From SAR324 cluster bacterium REDSEA-S27_B3 (lineage in GTDB: Bacteria > SAR324 > NAC60-12), in the NCBI GenBank assembly GCA_001627865.1, contig LUQO01000003.1, forward strand, positions 38,092 through 102,091: 64,000 nucleotides of DNA. Direction: 5' to 3'. Positions 1 through 9,648 of the stretch are shown here, one piece after another (position 1 is the stretch's first letter; every line of letters starts with the position of its first letter). Below the pieces are notes generated by a model, which saw only the letters and a program-made list of their open reading frames with translations, made no database searches and was not told the origin of the DNA. A program made the position numbers and the translations under genes.

Positions 1-1
1 T

Positions 2-232
2 GAATCAGGTGGCATTTCATTTGATATATTATCTGATACTGCTGAATGCCCAATCAGCCGTGATAATGACAGTAATGGCAAAGTCTTACCCGAAGAATGC
101 GACGGATACGGCGCGGACAACGTGATGTTCTGGACAGCATGGTCACCTTCATCACAAGCTGCGGGAAAAAAACAAGATACATTATCCACCGAACAGAAAT
201 ACGTTTTGAAGTATTCACCGCTTGCAAAGTAA
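2..232 (+). CDS. 3' end of a probable zinc metallopeptidase (M43/pappalysin-like), truncated by the window start
   Basis: Frame open from base 2 to TAA at 230-232: ...FDILSDTAECPISRDNDSNGK...ADNVMFW...; the SDT-x2-C and NxMFW (Met-turn-like) pattern is typical of metzincin C-termini. The HExxH motif would lie upstream of the window. Confidence 0.5.
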   Translation, partial: ESGGISFDILSDTAECPISRDNDSNGKVLPEECDGYGADNVMFWTAWSPSSQAAGKKQDTLSTEQKYVLKYSPLAK

Positions 233-278
233 ACTTATTGACCAAAAAGAAACAATAATCACATAGAAAAGAGGGATT

Positions 279-782
279 ATGAAGTATGTAATATTATTTT
301 GTTTAGTATTTTGGAACATTTCCGGAATCGCGGCTGCGGATCCTGATAAGGATAAGGTTATCAAATTGCTGGAAGGGCGTCATTGGGAATTGGATGCTGA
401 AGCATTTCAGCGTCTGGGAGAGGGAACAGACAATGTTTTGATAGAAATTGCAGGAAACACTTCCTTGATTAATATTTTACGTTTTCGAGCAATACAGGTA
501 TTGTCTTTATTTCCCACTGATAACACTGCTGATTTTCTGGAAAATACAGCGGATAAATCATTCGCCTCAATGGCAAGACGTGGATTTGAAGCGATGAAAA
601 GTGGTTTCGCCAAAACTCAGCCAAAAAGAGTCAAACAACTGGCCGCTCGTTTATTGAATCACCGCAATGCTCATTTACGCATTTCGGCAGCTCGTTACAT
701 GCGCGAAGTGGATGTTATTCAATTCAAAAGTTTCCTGAATGCAGAGAAGGACAGTTGGGTGAGGAAAGAAGCTCAGAAATAA
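279..782 (+). CDS. secreted HEAT/alpha-solenoid repeat protein
   Basis: RBS GAGGG, signal peptide ending IAAA, amphipathic helical repeats (LRFRAIQVL, LRISAARYM, DSWVRKEA). Confidence 0.6.
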   Translation: MKYVILFCLVFWNISGIAAADPDKDKVIKLLEGRHWELDAEAFQRLGEGTDNVLIEIAGNTSLINILRFRAIQVLSLFPTDNTADFLENTADKSFASMARRGFEAMKSGFAKTQPKRVKQLAARLLNHRNAHLRISAARYMREVDVIQFKSFLNAEKDSWVRKEAQK

Positions 783-814
783 TTCTATGACCCACGAGAA
801 ATATTGAAGTTTGT

Positions 815-2011
815 TCAGAAAAATTGAATATCTGAAGTTTTAAAAGTGTAAAATTGATAGTTTGCGTCCGGCAATACTGTGGGGAAGGCATACTTTGGGT
901 CATTGATCAAATTGTAAACAGCAGGATCCTGAGCTTTTAATTTTTCCTTAGTATTCGGACACCATTCTGATCGGGATTTCTTGCGTCCCGCGGTAGAGTC
1001 ATGCATGCCGAAATTGGAACTGACAGACCAGTAGATATATTCAGTCATCTGTGTCGCATAGTCAGCTGACGGATCAGCATAAAAGTACCAGGCCTCACCT
1101 TCATCAACCAAATCTGACCATACTGGACAGGAGGTGTTATTGTAAGTCCAGTTACATTCATCTTTTGCACATCTTTGTTCCCCGCCTCTGGCCGTATCCA
1201 TTGCTTTTGCTAAAGATGATGTAGAAGTATTAGATTCCCCAAAAATCTTTGGATAAACATTTGAATAACCCTGCTGGGTAATCAGATGAAATATTTCCTC
1301 AATACTTGCGTCATGATTATCTCCATCCGCATAATTGTCCAGTGTCTCGTAAGCGCCTAATCCTGAGTATTTATCGGCGCCGGCTTCATCAAGAGCATCC
1401 GGATTTATTTCAACAGAATTCCCATCCTCGAGATTATACATACTCACATAAGTACTTAGTTTATGCAGCAGTGCAGTCACACACGTATTGTCCGGAGTGC
1501 CGTCTTCATTATTGTCAATAAGCTCAGCGGTTATGTTTGCTGCATGCAGCAATTTGCCATCAGGTACTTCCGAAGTAGCTAAAATATTGATGCCAAAGAC
1601 AGCTAAACCTTTGGAATAGTTGGCGCTTTTTGCTGCTTCGATTGTTACCTTGTTTGATACCGAACCCCCCACTTTCCCGACTACTGTCACAGAACTTTTA
1701 CAGGCAGTAGGTGATTCTGGAGAAGTTTTAAAACTTTTACCCAGATTATTTTCTTCATTTTCATCTTCGTCACCCTGATGTTCATCATCTTCATCTTTTT
1801 TATGATCTTCATCCTCATCTTCTTCTTCCTCATGATCCCTGTCATTATCATTATCTTCTTCCTCCTCTTCCTCACATTCTTCATCATTTTCTTCACAATG
1901 CTCGTCTGCTTGTGCTTTAACATGTAACCAAAATTCAGTTCCATTGTATTGAATGATCAGCGGGGATGTCAGAAAAAGCAGGAAAATTAGGATGGTCAGT
2001 ATATTTCTCAT
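815..2011 (-). CDS. secreted zincin-like protein (EExxH variant) with Asp/Glu/His-rich N-terminal tract
   Basis: Signal/TM N-terminus, about 55-aa acidic and His tract, DNNEDG loop, DASIEEIFHLIT and QMTEYIYW motifs; paralog of 2176..3198. Confidence 0.7.
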   Translation of the reverse strand: MRNILTILIFLLFLTSPLIIQYNGTEFWLHVKAQADEHCEENDEECEEEEEEDNDNDRDHEEEEDEDEDHKKDEDDEHQGDEDENEENNLGKSFKTSPESPTACKSSVTVVGKVGGSVSNKVTIEAAKSANYSKGLAVFGINILATSEVPDGKLLHAANITAELIDNNEDGTPDNTCVTALLHKLSTYVSMYNLEDGNSVEINPDALDEAGADKYSGLGAYETLDNYADGDNHDASIEEIFHLITQQGYSNVYPKIFGESNTSTSSLAKAMDTARGGEQRCAKDECNWTYNNTSCPVWSDLVDEGEAWYFYADPSADYATQMTEYIYWSVSSNFGMHDSTAGRKKSRSEWCPNTKEKLKAQDPAVYNLINDPKYAFPTVLPDANYQFYTFKTSDIQFF

Positions 2012-2175
2012 GGATCTCAGGATGGATGTATACGAGCAAACTGCAGAAATTATTCAGAATGCTTAATATACAATTATTATGGAACAGCAGTCCACTGCAA
2101 AAGAAGTGACAGTACTTAGATGGTAGTTAATTTTTTAATTTTTATGACTTTGATTATTTCATTAATGTTCCTCTT

Positions 2176-3198
2176 TTAGAAAGTTTGAATGTCCGAAGTT
2201 GAATAGGTGTAATAAGAATAACTTGCATCCGGCATCACCGAGGGAAACGCGTAGGTTGAGTTATCAATCAAATTATAGACTGTAGGATCCTGCGCTAATA
2301 ATTCAGCTTTTGTATTGGGGCACCATTCGCTGTCTGCTTTGGTCTTGCCTGCAGTTGAATCATGCATTCCAAAATATGAACTCACCGCCCAGTAAATATA
2401 TTCAGTCATCTGGGTTGCATAGTCAGCGGAAGAATCTGTATAGAAATACCATGCTTTGCCTGAATCTACTGAACCATTATCTGGGCAGGTTGAATTGTTG
2501 TAAGTCCATGTACATGACTCTTCTGCGCATCTTTGTTCACCTCCTCTGGCTACATCCATAGCCTGGGCCAAAGTTGAAGTTGAGGTATTAGACTCACCAA
2601 AAACTGTTGGGTAAACACTTGAATACCCTCGTTGAGTAATCAGGTGAAATATTTCCTCTATGCTTGCATCATGAGAAGAATTATCAGCATAATTCACCCT
2701 TGTCTCTTCGTGTCCTAATCCCATTGATACTGAATCCCCGGCGCTATCTACCACTCCGGCATTGTCCAATGGAGATAGATCTACTGTTACAGTAGCATTA
2801 TCTTTACTATGCATATTAACATAAGAACTTATTTTAAGGACCTCTGACAAGACACAGAGATTGTCAACTGTACCATCCTCATTATTATCAACTAACTCTG
2901 CTGCAACGTTTGCTGCATGTAAAAGTTTTGCGTCCGGAACATCAGTAGTTGCTAAAATATTAATTCCAAATACAGTTAATCCTTTTGTAAAGTTTGCACT
3001 TTTAGCCAAGGCAGTAGTTACTTTATTTGATGAATTATCACCAACTTTTCCAACATGCGTGTAAGAGACTGTGCATGATGTTGATGAACTTGATGATGTT
3101 GATGCAGTAGATGAAGTTGATGAATCATCAGACTTCTTACAGCCTGAAATGATAAATATCAGCAGTGTTATTGCAAGTAAATTTCCAAGTATTTTCAT
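2176..3198 (-). CDS. lipoprotein, zincin-like (EExxH variant), paralog of 815..2011
   Basis: RBS GAGGAGG, lipobox ISG-C, Ser/Thr linker, same DASIEEIFHLITQ and SADYATQMTEYIYW motifs. Confidence 0.75.
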   Translation of the reverse strand: MKILGNLLAITLLIFIISGCKKSDDSSTSSTASTSSSSSTSCTVSYTHVGKVGDNSSNKVTTALAKSANFTKGLTVFGINILATTDVPDAKLLHAANVAAELVDNNEDGTVDNLCVLSEVLKISSYVNMHSKDNATVTVDLSPLDNAGVVDSAGDSVSMGLGHEETRVNYADNSSHDASIEEIFHLITQRGYSSVYPTVFGESNTSTSTLAQAMDVARGGEQRCAEESCTWTYNNSTCPDNGSVDSGKAWYFYTDSSADYATQMTEYIYWAVSSYFGMHDSTAGKTKADSEWCPNTKAELLAQDPTVYNLIDNSTYAFPSVMPDASYSYYTYSTSDIQTF

Positions 3199-3316
3199 TT
3201 TGCCTCCTCAGTGAAAGAATCTAATGATTATATAACAAAATTGAAATTGTATAAGATTTGGGGTACATATCAGAAAATCTGATGCATATAACTACAGGCT
3301 ACAAACATTTAACTCA

Positions 3317-3820
3317 TTATTCTTCAGCAAACGGATCCAGAAGTTTTTTCCACAATATCCGATTACTCTGTCTGACTTCTAACTTTCTGTCACCGATTTG
3401 AATCTCAACTTTTTGCGCATTGGCTAATATACGGAAATCATCTTTGCTGTACGGAAGCTCGTACTCCTCCCACCATTCTTCACCTAATTCATTTGTAAAA
3501 TAAGGATCATCAATAATATCAATTTCTTTACTATCGGCAATGGCTTTTACTTCCTTACCATCCATTAACGGGAACTTCCCGTAGTAAGTCAGGATAATCC
3601 AGTAATCTTCACCAGGGCAGTCTTCACCTTCTATGCAGCGTAGAACTGCCTCTACAAGTAAAAGTTGTCCTTCTCCTTCAGTTTCACCTCCATCTATCAG
3701 TTTTTTCACACCTGTCTCATATTGAGTACCATCACTATAAGTGATAACTTTTAACTTTGGGGTACATCCAAAAAGAAATAATATTGTAAAGCTGATAAGC
3801 ATAAAACGTATTAATTTCAT
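3317..3820 (-). CDS. lipoprotein of unknown function
   Basis: ATG at 3820 after AAGGAG RBS; lipobox LFG-C; acidic mature part. Confidence 0.7.
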   Translation of the reverse strand: MKLIRFMLISFTILFLFGCTPKLKVITYSDGTQYETGVKKLIDGGETEGEGQLLLVEAVLRCIEGEDCPGEDYWIILTYYGKFPLMDGKEVKAIADSKEIDIIDDPYFTNELGEEWWEEYELPYSKDDFRILANAQKVEIQIGDRKLEVRQSNRILWKKLLDPFAEE

Positions 3821-3967
3821 ATAATTCTCCTTTTTCAAATAGTTTGTTTAATTTTGAACATGAGTGTCCAAAACGTCATTTAGTAATTTCCTTTTTTTCC
3901 TCCAAATGGATTAATCGAAATGATTCATAATTGATCAATAATCTCTACAGAGATGCTTGTAAGTTAT

Positions 3968-3980
3968 CCCCCCCCCCCCC
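3968..3980. repeat. C13 homopolymer tract
   Basis: 13 consecutive C in AT-rich intergenic DNA. Confidence 0.9.
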
Positions 3981-4336
3981 AGTTTTGAAATATTTTTATT
4001 CTGTTGAGTTAATTCTGCACAAACATTTTTCCGGGAATAATATTGAAATCAATATTTATGAATCAAACCAAAGTATGGATTACTTTTTACCCTTATTTTT
4101 TCAAAATAGTGCTAACACTATTATTACAGTGATTATTTTCGGCAGGTGATATTTGGGAGGTTTTCTATAAATTTATGCCAGGCAGGTTATTATGATGACT
4201 AAACAAATGTTTTAGAAGTAGTCAGAATATCTAAAAACAGGTGATCGTGGAATAACTTCTCAAGGGGCACTTCTCTCTAACACATAACGTTAAATTGAGT
4301 GTATTCAGAGACACTGTATATGAAATCCTTTGACTT

Positions 4337-4692
4337 TCAATTGTTAATTTTTCGATCTTCTTCTATTAATTTGATTATTGTGTTTTTTAGGGGAGGTAAG
4401 GATTCTTCCACTGTCTTCCATATAATTTCAATTTCTGTATCCCAATAATGATGAATCAAACGATCTCTCATACCAGCAATTGCTTTCCAGGGAATGGAAG
4501 GATGATTTTTTGTAATATTTTCAGGTAATTTCTTGACCGCTTCACCGATTATCTCAAATTCCTTACTATAGCACGGATTGTCTTTTCATCCTTTTGAAAC
4601 TGGTTATAATCCATTTGATCAGTAAATCTCTTCACCGCCTCAATTGCTTTTAGAATATCTTCAAGCATATGTGAAATAATTCGCCGATTCAT
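4337..4692 (-). pseudogene. HepT-like (DUF86, HEPN) ribonuclease toxin with a 1-nt frameshift
   Basis: ATGA overlap with the MNT stop; MNRRIISHMLEDILKAIE...AIVRN reaches TAA at 4549-4551, while the shifted frame continues FEIIGEA...IPWKAIAGMRDRLIHHYW (RX4HXY motif) to TGA at 4337. Confidence 0.85.
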
Positions 4693-4982
4693 AGGTAAAC
4701 AACCTCATCCAGAATAATATCCTTGAGTTGTGGTTTAATACCTTTAAAGGTCACTAAGTCTACTTTTACACCGAGCAACTCTCCCAGTTCGTTTTCTATT
4801 TGAATTAAAGTAATCAAACTTGGGGTATCTTCATAGTCAACTAATATATCTAAATCACTCCCCTGGTTTTGCTCTCCTCGCACATAGGAACCAAAAATCC
4901 CCAATAGATTGATCTTATAGTTATCCTTTAGTATGGGTTTTTGATTAATTAAATTCTGCTTAATTTCATCTAATCGGTTCAT
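4689..4982 (-). CDS. MNT minimal nucleotidyltransferase antitoxin (MntA-like)
   Basis: FGSYVRGEQNQGSDLDILV (GSx10DxD) and KVDLV, about 97 aa; start set at ATG 4982. Confidence 0.9.
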   Translation of the reverse strand: MNRLDEIKQNLINQKPILKDNYKINLLGIFGSYVRGEQNQGSDLDILVDYEDTPSLITLIQIENELGELLGVKVDLVTFKGIKPQLKDIILDEVVYL

Positions 4983-5139
4983 TATACAAACTTTTTCTTT
5001 CAAGTACTTTTTTTAGGATGTAATAATCTAGTTTTACTTACTCGATTATACCTATTAAATATATTAAATGTTTGATTTGCTTTAGAAAGATAATTTCTAT
5101 TTTGGGGTAGGATTTAATATCTGTGGGGAGGCGGTGTTA

Positions 5140-7344
5140 TTATGAACTGTAGATTTGTTTGTATAGTTTATAGCTTCGGTAAACGCGCTTGACGTAATTT
5201 TTTGTTTCATTGAATGGTATTTGTTCCACAAAGGCATCTAATGGCTTACCTTTCCAGCGTTTGATCCATTTGATCATGTTATGGGGCCCGGCATTGTAGC
5301 TGCCGGCAGTATATATCAGCTCAGATTTGAAACGGTCTGAAAGCCCTCCCAGATAAAGAGTACCCAGACGTGTGTTCAATTCCGGATTAAATATATCGTC
5401 TTTTTCCCTGAGTTTGATTTTCTTCTTTTTTGCAACATATTTTGCAGTCTTTGGCATTAGCTGCATCAGTCCCATTGCTTTAGATGAAGACAGTGCTTTT
5501 GGATCAAAGTGGCTTTCTTCACGCATTATTGCCAGAGCAAAATAGGGATCAATACCGGCCTGATTCGCGTAACTTTTCAGCTGTGACCAATAAGGTCTGG
5601 GATAAGCCAGTTCCCATAGCGGATGTTCACCAACTTCATGTGTAATCAGATGAGGCAGATAATAATTGGCCACGATCCTGAGCAACGAATAATATTCACC
5701 TCTGCGATGAAGCAGATGGCTAACATGCCAATTCCTTGTGCTGTCTTTATATTTTCCTAATCCCGCAAATATTTCTCTGAGGGCTTGTTCAGGCTCATCA
5801 ATATCAAAAAGAAACTCGGTTCTTTTAATTAATTCTTTAGTATTCTTATCTACAGATTTAACCGGTTTAGCGTACAACTTAGCATTACGTGTTTTGACCA
5901 CTGACATAATACTCTCAGGAACATCCTTATCAGATAGCAAACGCATACCATAATAAGTGTTGGGTTTTTGGAGAATTAACCTCTTGAAGCTTTTTTCTGC
6001 AAGTTCTGTGTGCCCTTTCTCCTGCAGAAATTTCCCCTGCCAGTAAAGTAATTTCGCTTTCATCTCTGAATCATAAATTCTTTTCTTAAGTCCCTTTTTC
6101 AGGTAATAAAGCGCTTTATGGGTATTTTTATTCTGCTTGTGTGTCCATGCCAACTGCCATACAGACTTTATGGACAGGGAATGTGCTGGAAATTTAGTTA
6201 ACAAACGGTCCCACCAAAATTGTGCTTTTTTAATTTCTGAATCCAGCATGTAACGAGTAGCAAAAGTATCGTAAAGTTTCGGAAGATGCCTGGATTTGGA
6301 ATTGAGTCTCTCCAATTTGTAAATTGTGCTACGGCCGGCAGGAATATTTCTGCGCTTAATGTATGAAAGCGCTGTCCACTTTAGCTGTGTTTCTTTCGGC
6401 AGGAACCAAACCTTTGAAAGTTTACTCTGCTGATGAAACTTGATTATTCGCGAATAATATTTTTCCGCAAACAGTGCAGAAAGATACGACTTGCCAAGTT
6501 TATGAACTAACTCTTTACTTCTTCCTTTTCTGAGCTGGGGAAGATGCTTCATCAGGTACATATCGAGCCCAAGTCTCTCCAATGTCCGGACACGGTTAAA
6601 GACTTCTTTGGTAGACATTATTTTGAGGTCAAGAGCAGTTAAATTTTTGTGGGTAAGCAGAGCGGATTTTTCATCAATAGGATACTGCCATCCTAACACT
6701 TTGTATTTACGTTCGATTTTATGATCGTGAAGTTCTGCACCACGAAGATAAAGCGAATGCAGCTCATAATCCATCAGAAACCAATCCTTGGTCTTACGCG
6801 TGTCATGAAGCAGATGGTAAATAATGTGAACTTCTTTATCTGTGCGAAATACCTTTTTTAATTCTTCACGAATCGAGGCAAGGTAAAAGTTCCTTTTTGG
6901 ATGCCTCAGCAACTCCCGGATTCCCGCAATTGCTTCCCTATGCTTGGCTGTCTGAAGTAAAAAACGTATTTTTTGAAAAAGCCATACGTCTTTCATCTCC
7001 GAATCAGGTGTTATTTTGATATTCTTCAACGCTTCCTTGTGATTACCAAGCTGCTGATGACATTTTGATTTTATTATTTGGGAGCGGCTCCATAAGCCGT
7101 TGTTCACCCAGGCTTTCGGCTTTGATAAAGGCTTCAAGCGCTGTAACAGTTGCTTGCATTCACCTTTTTGGTAGGAATTGTAATAAGGCTCCCACGAAGG
7201 AATTCTGTGGGCATAGACCGAACTGAACGAGAATAACAGCAAGAAAATTAAAGCGTTTGCTGCTGCCATCCTGAAACAGTTTCTGATTATTTTTTTATTG
7301 GGCCTGCTGGTATTTGCATTCAGAAGGGAGTTACGAAGAAACAT
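5140..7344 (-). CDS. TPR-containing soluble lytic transglycosylase (Slt70-like)
   Basis: AIMREESHF, GLMQLMP, SYNAGP and ETKNYV motifs; helical TPR region; start uncertain. Confidence 0.9.
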   Translation of the reverse strand: MFLRNSLLNANTSRPNKKIIRNCFRMAAANALIFLLLFSFSSVYAHRIPSWEPYYNSYQKGECKQLLQRLKPLSKPKAWVNNGLWSRSQIIKSKCHQQLGNHKEALKNIKITPDSEMKDVWLFQKIRFLLQTAKHREAIAGIRELLRHPKRNFYLASIREELKKVFRTDKEVHIIYHLLHDTRKTKDWFLMDYELHSLYLRGAELHDHKIERKYKVLGWQYPIDEKSALLTHKNLTALDLKIMSTKEVFNRVRTLERLGLDMYLMKHLPQLRKGRSKELVHKLGKSYLSALFAEKYYSRIIKFHQQSKLSKVWFLPKETQLKWTALSYIKRRNIPAGRSTIYKLERLNSKSRHLPKLYDTFATRYMLDSEIKKAQFWWDRLLTKFPAHSLSIKSVWQLAWTHKQNKNTHKALYYLKKGLKKRIYDSEMKAKLLYWQGKFLQEKGHTELAEKSFKRLILQKPNTYYGMRLLSDKDVPESIMSVVKTRNAKLYAKPVKSVDKNTKELIKRTEFLFDIDEPEQALREIFAGLGKYKDSTRNWHVSHLLHRRGEYYSLLRIVANYYLPHLITHEVGEHPLWELAYPRPYWSQLKSYANQAGIDPYFALAIMREESHFDPKALSSSKAMGLMQLMPKTAKYVAKKKKIKLREKDDIFNPELNTRLGTLYLGGLSDRFKSELIYTAGSYNAGPHNMIKWIKRWKGKPLDAFVEQIPFNETKNYVKRVYRSYKLYKQIYSS

Positions 7345-7480
7345 AACTTAAAACAGTTGGTATAGTTGGTGCTTTGTTTTGAATGCTAATCAAGTTGATA
7401 CTGCTCTCATGACACAAAAAAAGCAAGAGCAAATATCTTGCCTGAATGATAAAAAAAGTTTTGATTATTGAAAAAATCAG

Positions 7481-8215
7481 ATGGTTAAAAAAATAATGGG
7501 AAATGATGAGTCGAATACTGTGAAGCAAAAAACTGTTAATCCTGATGATTCTATCGAAACAGACGCTCTGCAGCCCTTGATCATAAAGCAGGCACCAAAA
7601 AACCCAAAAGGCACACAGTCGCTGCCATATAATTTTGGTTCAGATACTTATAGTGTATACAGCAACCTGAACAATCCTTTTATGGTAGGAATTCTAGCTG
7701 CCGATACTGATGCTATTCAATTGGACCCGATAAAAACGCAAAGTCTTTTTCAGCAAATGGAAAAACAATCAACTTATGTCCTGGAGTTTCCGCTTAACAT
7801 TGCCGCACACCGTAAAAGAAAAATCACTTCTGCATTGAATCAATCTGCAGAAGTAACAGAGATGGATCCATCTGTTAGTGAGACGAAGTTGAAAAATGCC
7901 TCATCAGAATATTTACCAAAAGAAAAACTGAAGGAAGATAAGCGAAGACTCAGCGTTTATATTGAAGGTTTTTTTAATCATCTGTTAAAACGTCTTGGAG
8001 AAGATCACGAGGCGCTTCCAACTATTATCAATGAACTTGTGCCTTTATTTATTGAGCATAAAATTCGAATACGCTTTTATAAAGCATTCCGTCAAATCCA
8101 AAGTCTGCCTGAGTTAATTACCACCCTGAAAAAGATCAGTGATGATTGTGAACTGGAAAATTTTGAGCTTTTCTGCAGTGCACTTTTTGTCTTTTACAGC
8201 TCCAAATTTAGTTAA
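7481..8215 (+). CDS. hypothetical protein
   Basis: 244-aa ORF divergent from the transglycosylase and upstream of alr; no motif recognised. Confidence 0.6.
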   Translation: MVKKIMGNDESNTVKQKTVNPDDSIETDALQPLIIKQAPKNPKGTQSLPYNFGSDTYSVYSNLNNPFMVGILAADTDAIQLDPIKTQSLFQQMEKQSTYVLEFPLNIAAHRKRKITSALNQSAEVTEMDPSVSETKLKNASSEYLPKEKLKEDKRRLSVYIEGFFNHLLKRLGEDHEALPTIINELVPLFIEHKIRIRFYKAFRQIQSLPELITTLKKISDDCELENFELFCSALFVFYSSKFS

Positions 8216-8267
8216 CAATTTTTTCAAAGCACACCGACAATCTAAAACCTCGATATTCTTTTGATAA

Positions 8268-9374
8268 ATGAGGCCTTCCTGTATCGAAGTTGACCTGAGT
8301 ATACTTGCACATAATCTCAATTTAATACGAGAACACACTGACAACCGACCAGTGATGGCAGTCGTCAAGTCAAACGCGTACGGACACGGATTGATCAAGG
8401 TTGCACAGCTTTATGAAAAACTTGGCGTGAACAGTCTGGGTGTAGCTTTGCTGGAAGAGGGGATCCTCTTGCGGGAATCCGGAATTTCCTTGCCAATTAT
8501 TGTTTTCGGTGGAGTGCTGACAAAACAGATTCTGGAATACCTGGAATGGAATCTGGAATTTTTTGTCTCTTCTCCGGAGGTGTTGTGTGAGACGGAAAAG
8601 CTATGCAAATCCCTTGGCCAACTTGCGACAGTTCATCTAAAAATTGACAGTGGAATGGGCAGGATTGGCACTAGTTTAGAAAATTCAGAGAGTTTCATTA
8701 CTGAAGCATTAGATGCGGAACATATAAATGTAAAGGGGATTTGTTCACATTTCGCCTGTGCTGATGATCCTGAAGATCCAATGACTCAGGAGCAGATTGA
8801 CAGATTTTTTCAGGCAGTTTCAGTTTTTGACAGGCTCGGTGCAAGTACCCCAATGAGGCATATAGCAAATTCCGGTGGTGTGCTTTATTTTCCACAATCT
8901 CACCTTGATATTATCCGTCCAGGAATTATTCTATATGGCGTTTATCCGGATTCATCCTGTCCGCGTGTGATTGATGTTAAACCGGCACTTCGGTTAAAAT
9001 CACAAGTTTCATTCCACAAATCTGTCCCTCCTGGATTTTCCATCAGTTATGGTGCAACCTGGACTTCAGAAAGTTCTGCAGAAATTTCCACTATTCCTTT
9101 AGGTTATGGAGACGGATACAGCAGACATCTCTCAAACCGCGGGGAAGTGTTGATAAATGGGAAACGCCGTCCCATAGTCGGGAGAGTTTGTATGGATCAG
9201 TTTATGGTTAACTGCGAAACTGAAACCCAAAAAGCAGGAAATGAAGTGATTCTTGTCGGCGAGCAGCAAGGACAGTCAATCACAGTTGAAGAAATTTCCA
9301 AATGGGCTGATACAATTCCATACGAAATATTGACAAACCTGAATGAACGAATCCCCCGAATCTATATAAACTAA
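8268..9374 (+). CDS. alr: alanine racemase
   Basis: AVVKSNAYGHG (PLP lysine), HLKIDSGMGRIG, GYGDG, GRVCMD. Confidence 0.97.
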   Translation: MRPSCIEVDLSILAHNLNLIREHTDNRPVMAVVKSNAYGHGLIKVAQLYEKLGVNSLGVALLEEGILLRESGISLPIIVFGGVLTKQILEYLEWNLEFFVSSPEVLCETEKLCKSLGQLATVHLKIDSGMGRIGTSLENSESFITEALDAEHINVKGICSHFACADDPEDPMTQEQIDRFFQAVSVFDRLGASTPMRHIANSGGVLYFPQSHLDIIRPGIILYGVYPDSSCPRVIDVKPALRLKSQVSFHKSVPPGFSISYGATWTSESSAEISTIPLGYGDGYSRHLSNRGEVLINGKRRPIVGRVCMDQFMVNCETETQKAGNEVILVGEQQGQSITVEEISKWADTIPYEILTNLNERIPRIYIN

Positions 9375-9530
9375 TGTCTGTTAATTTTGTCTGGCATTCA
9401 TTCAGAAAATACTTTATGCTCCGACTTGTTTACTTTAGAATGAAGAGGATGTAACCTGCCTGGGAGTAGTATCTATAATTCCCCATGTTTAATTTTACAT
9501 CTTTCGTTTTTTTACTGGTAAAGGTCAGGA

Positions 9531-9632
9531 ATGGATGGAAGCACTTTGGCAGTAGTTTTATCTGTTATACATATACTCTGGGTCTTGCCGGTCAGCTACT
9601 TATTGGTGATGAGCATCGTCCGGAAGAATTAA
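9531..9632 (+). CDS. putative 33-aa single-TM small protein (below the ORF-track cutoff)
   Basis: MDGSTLAVVLSVIHILWVLPVSYLLVMSIVRKN*; AAGG/AGGA purine run upstream; hydrophobic core with basic C-terminus. Confidence 0.5.
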   Translation: MDGSTLAVVLSVIHILWVLPVSYLLVMSIVRKN

Positions 9633-9648
9633 TCAATTATCCATTTAG

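Noticed and set aside
1750-1900. TCA/TCT/TCC-rich repetitive DNA
   Set aside because: Explained by Asp/Glu codons of the acidic tract in 815..2011
3931-4149. 72-aa ORF with poly-Pro
   Set aside because: TTG start, the Pro run comes only from the C13 tract, and the composition looks like AT-rich intergenic DNA
4141-4246. Three CAGGT(G/T)AT direct repeats
   Set aside because: Short, unevenly spaced and plausible by chance; no linked regulator
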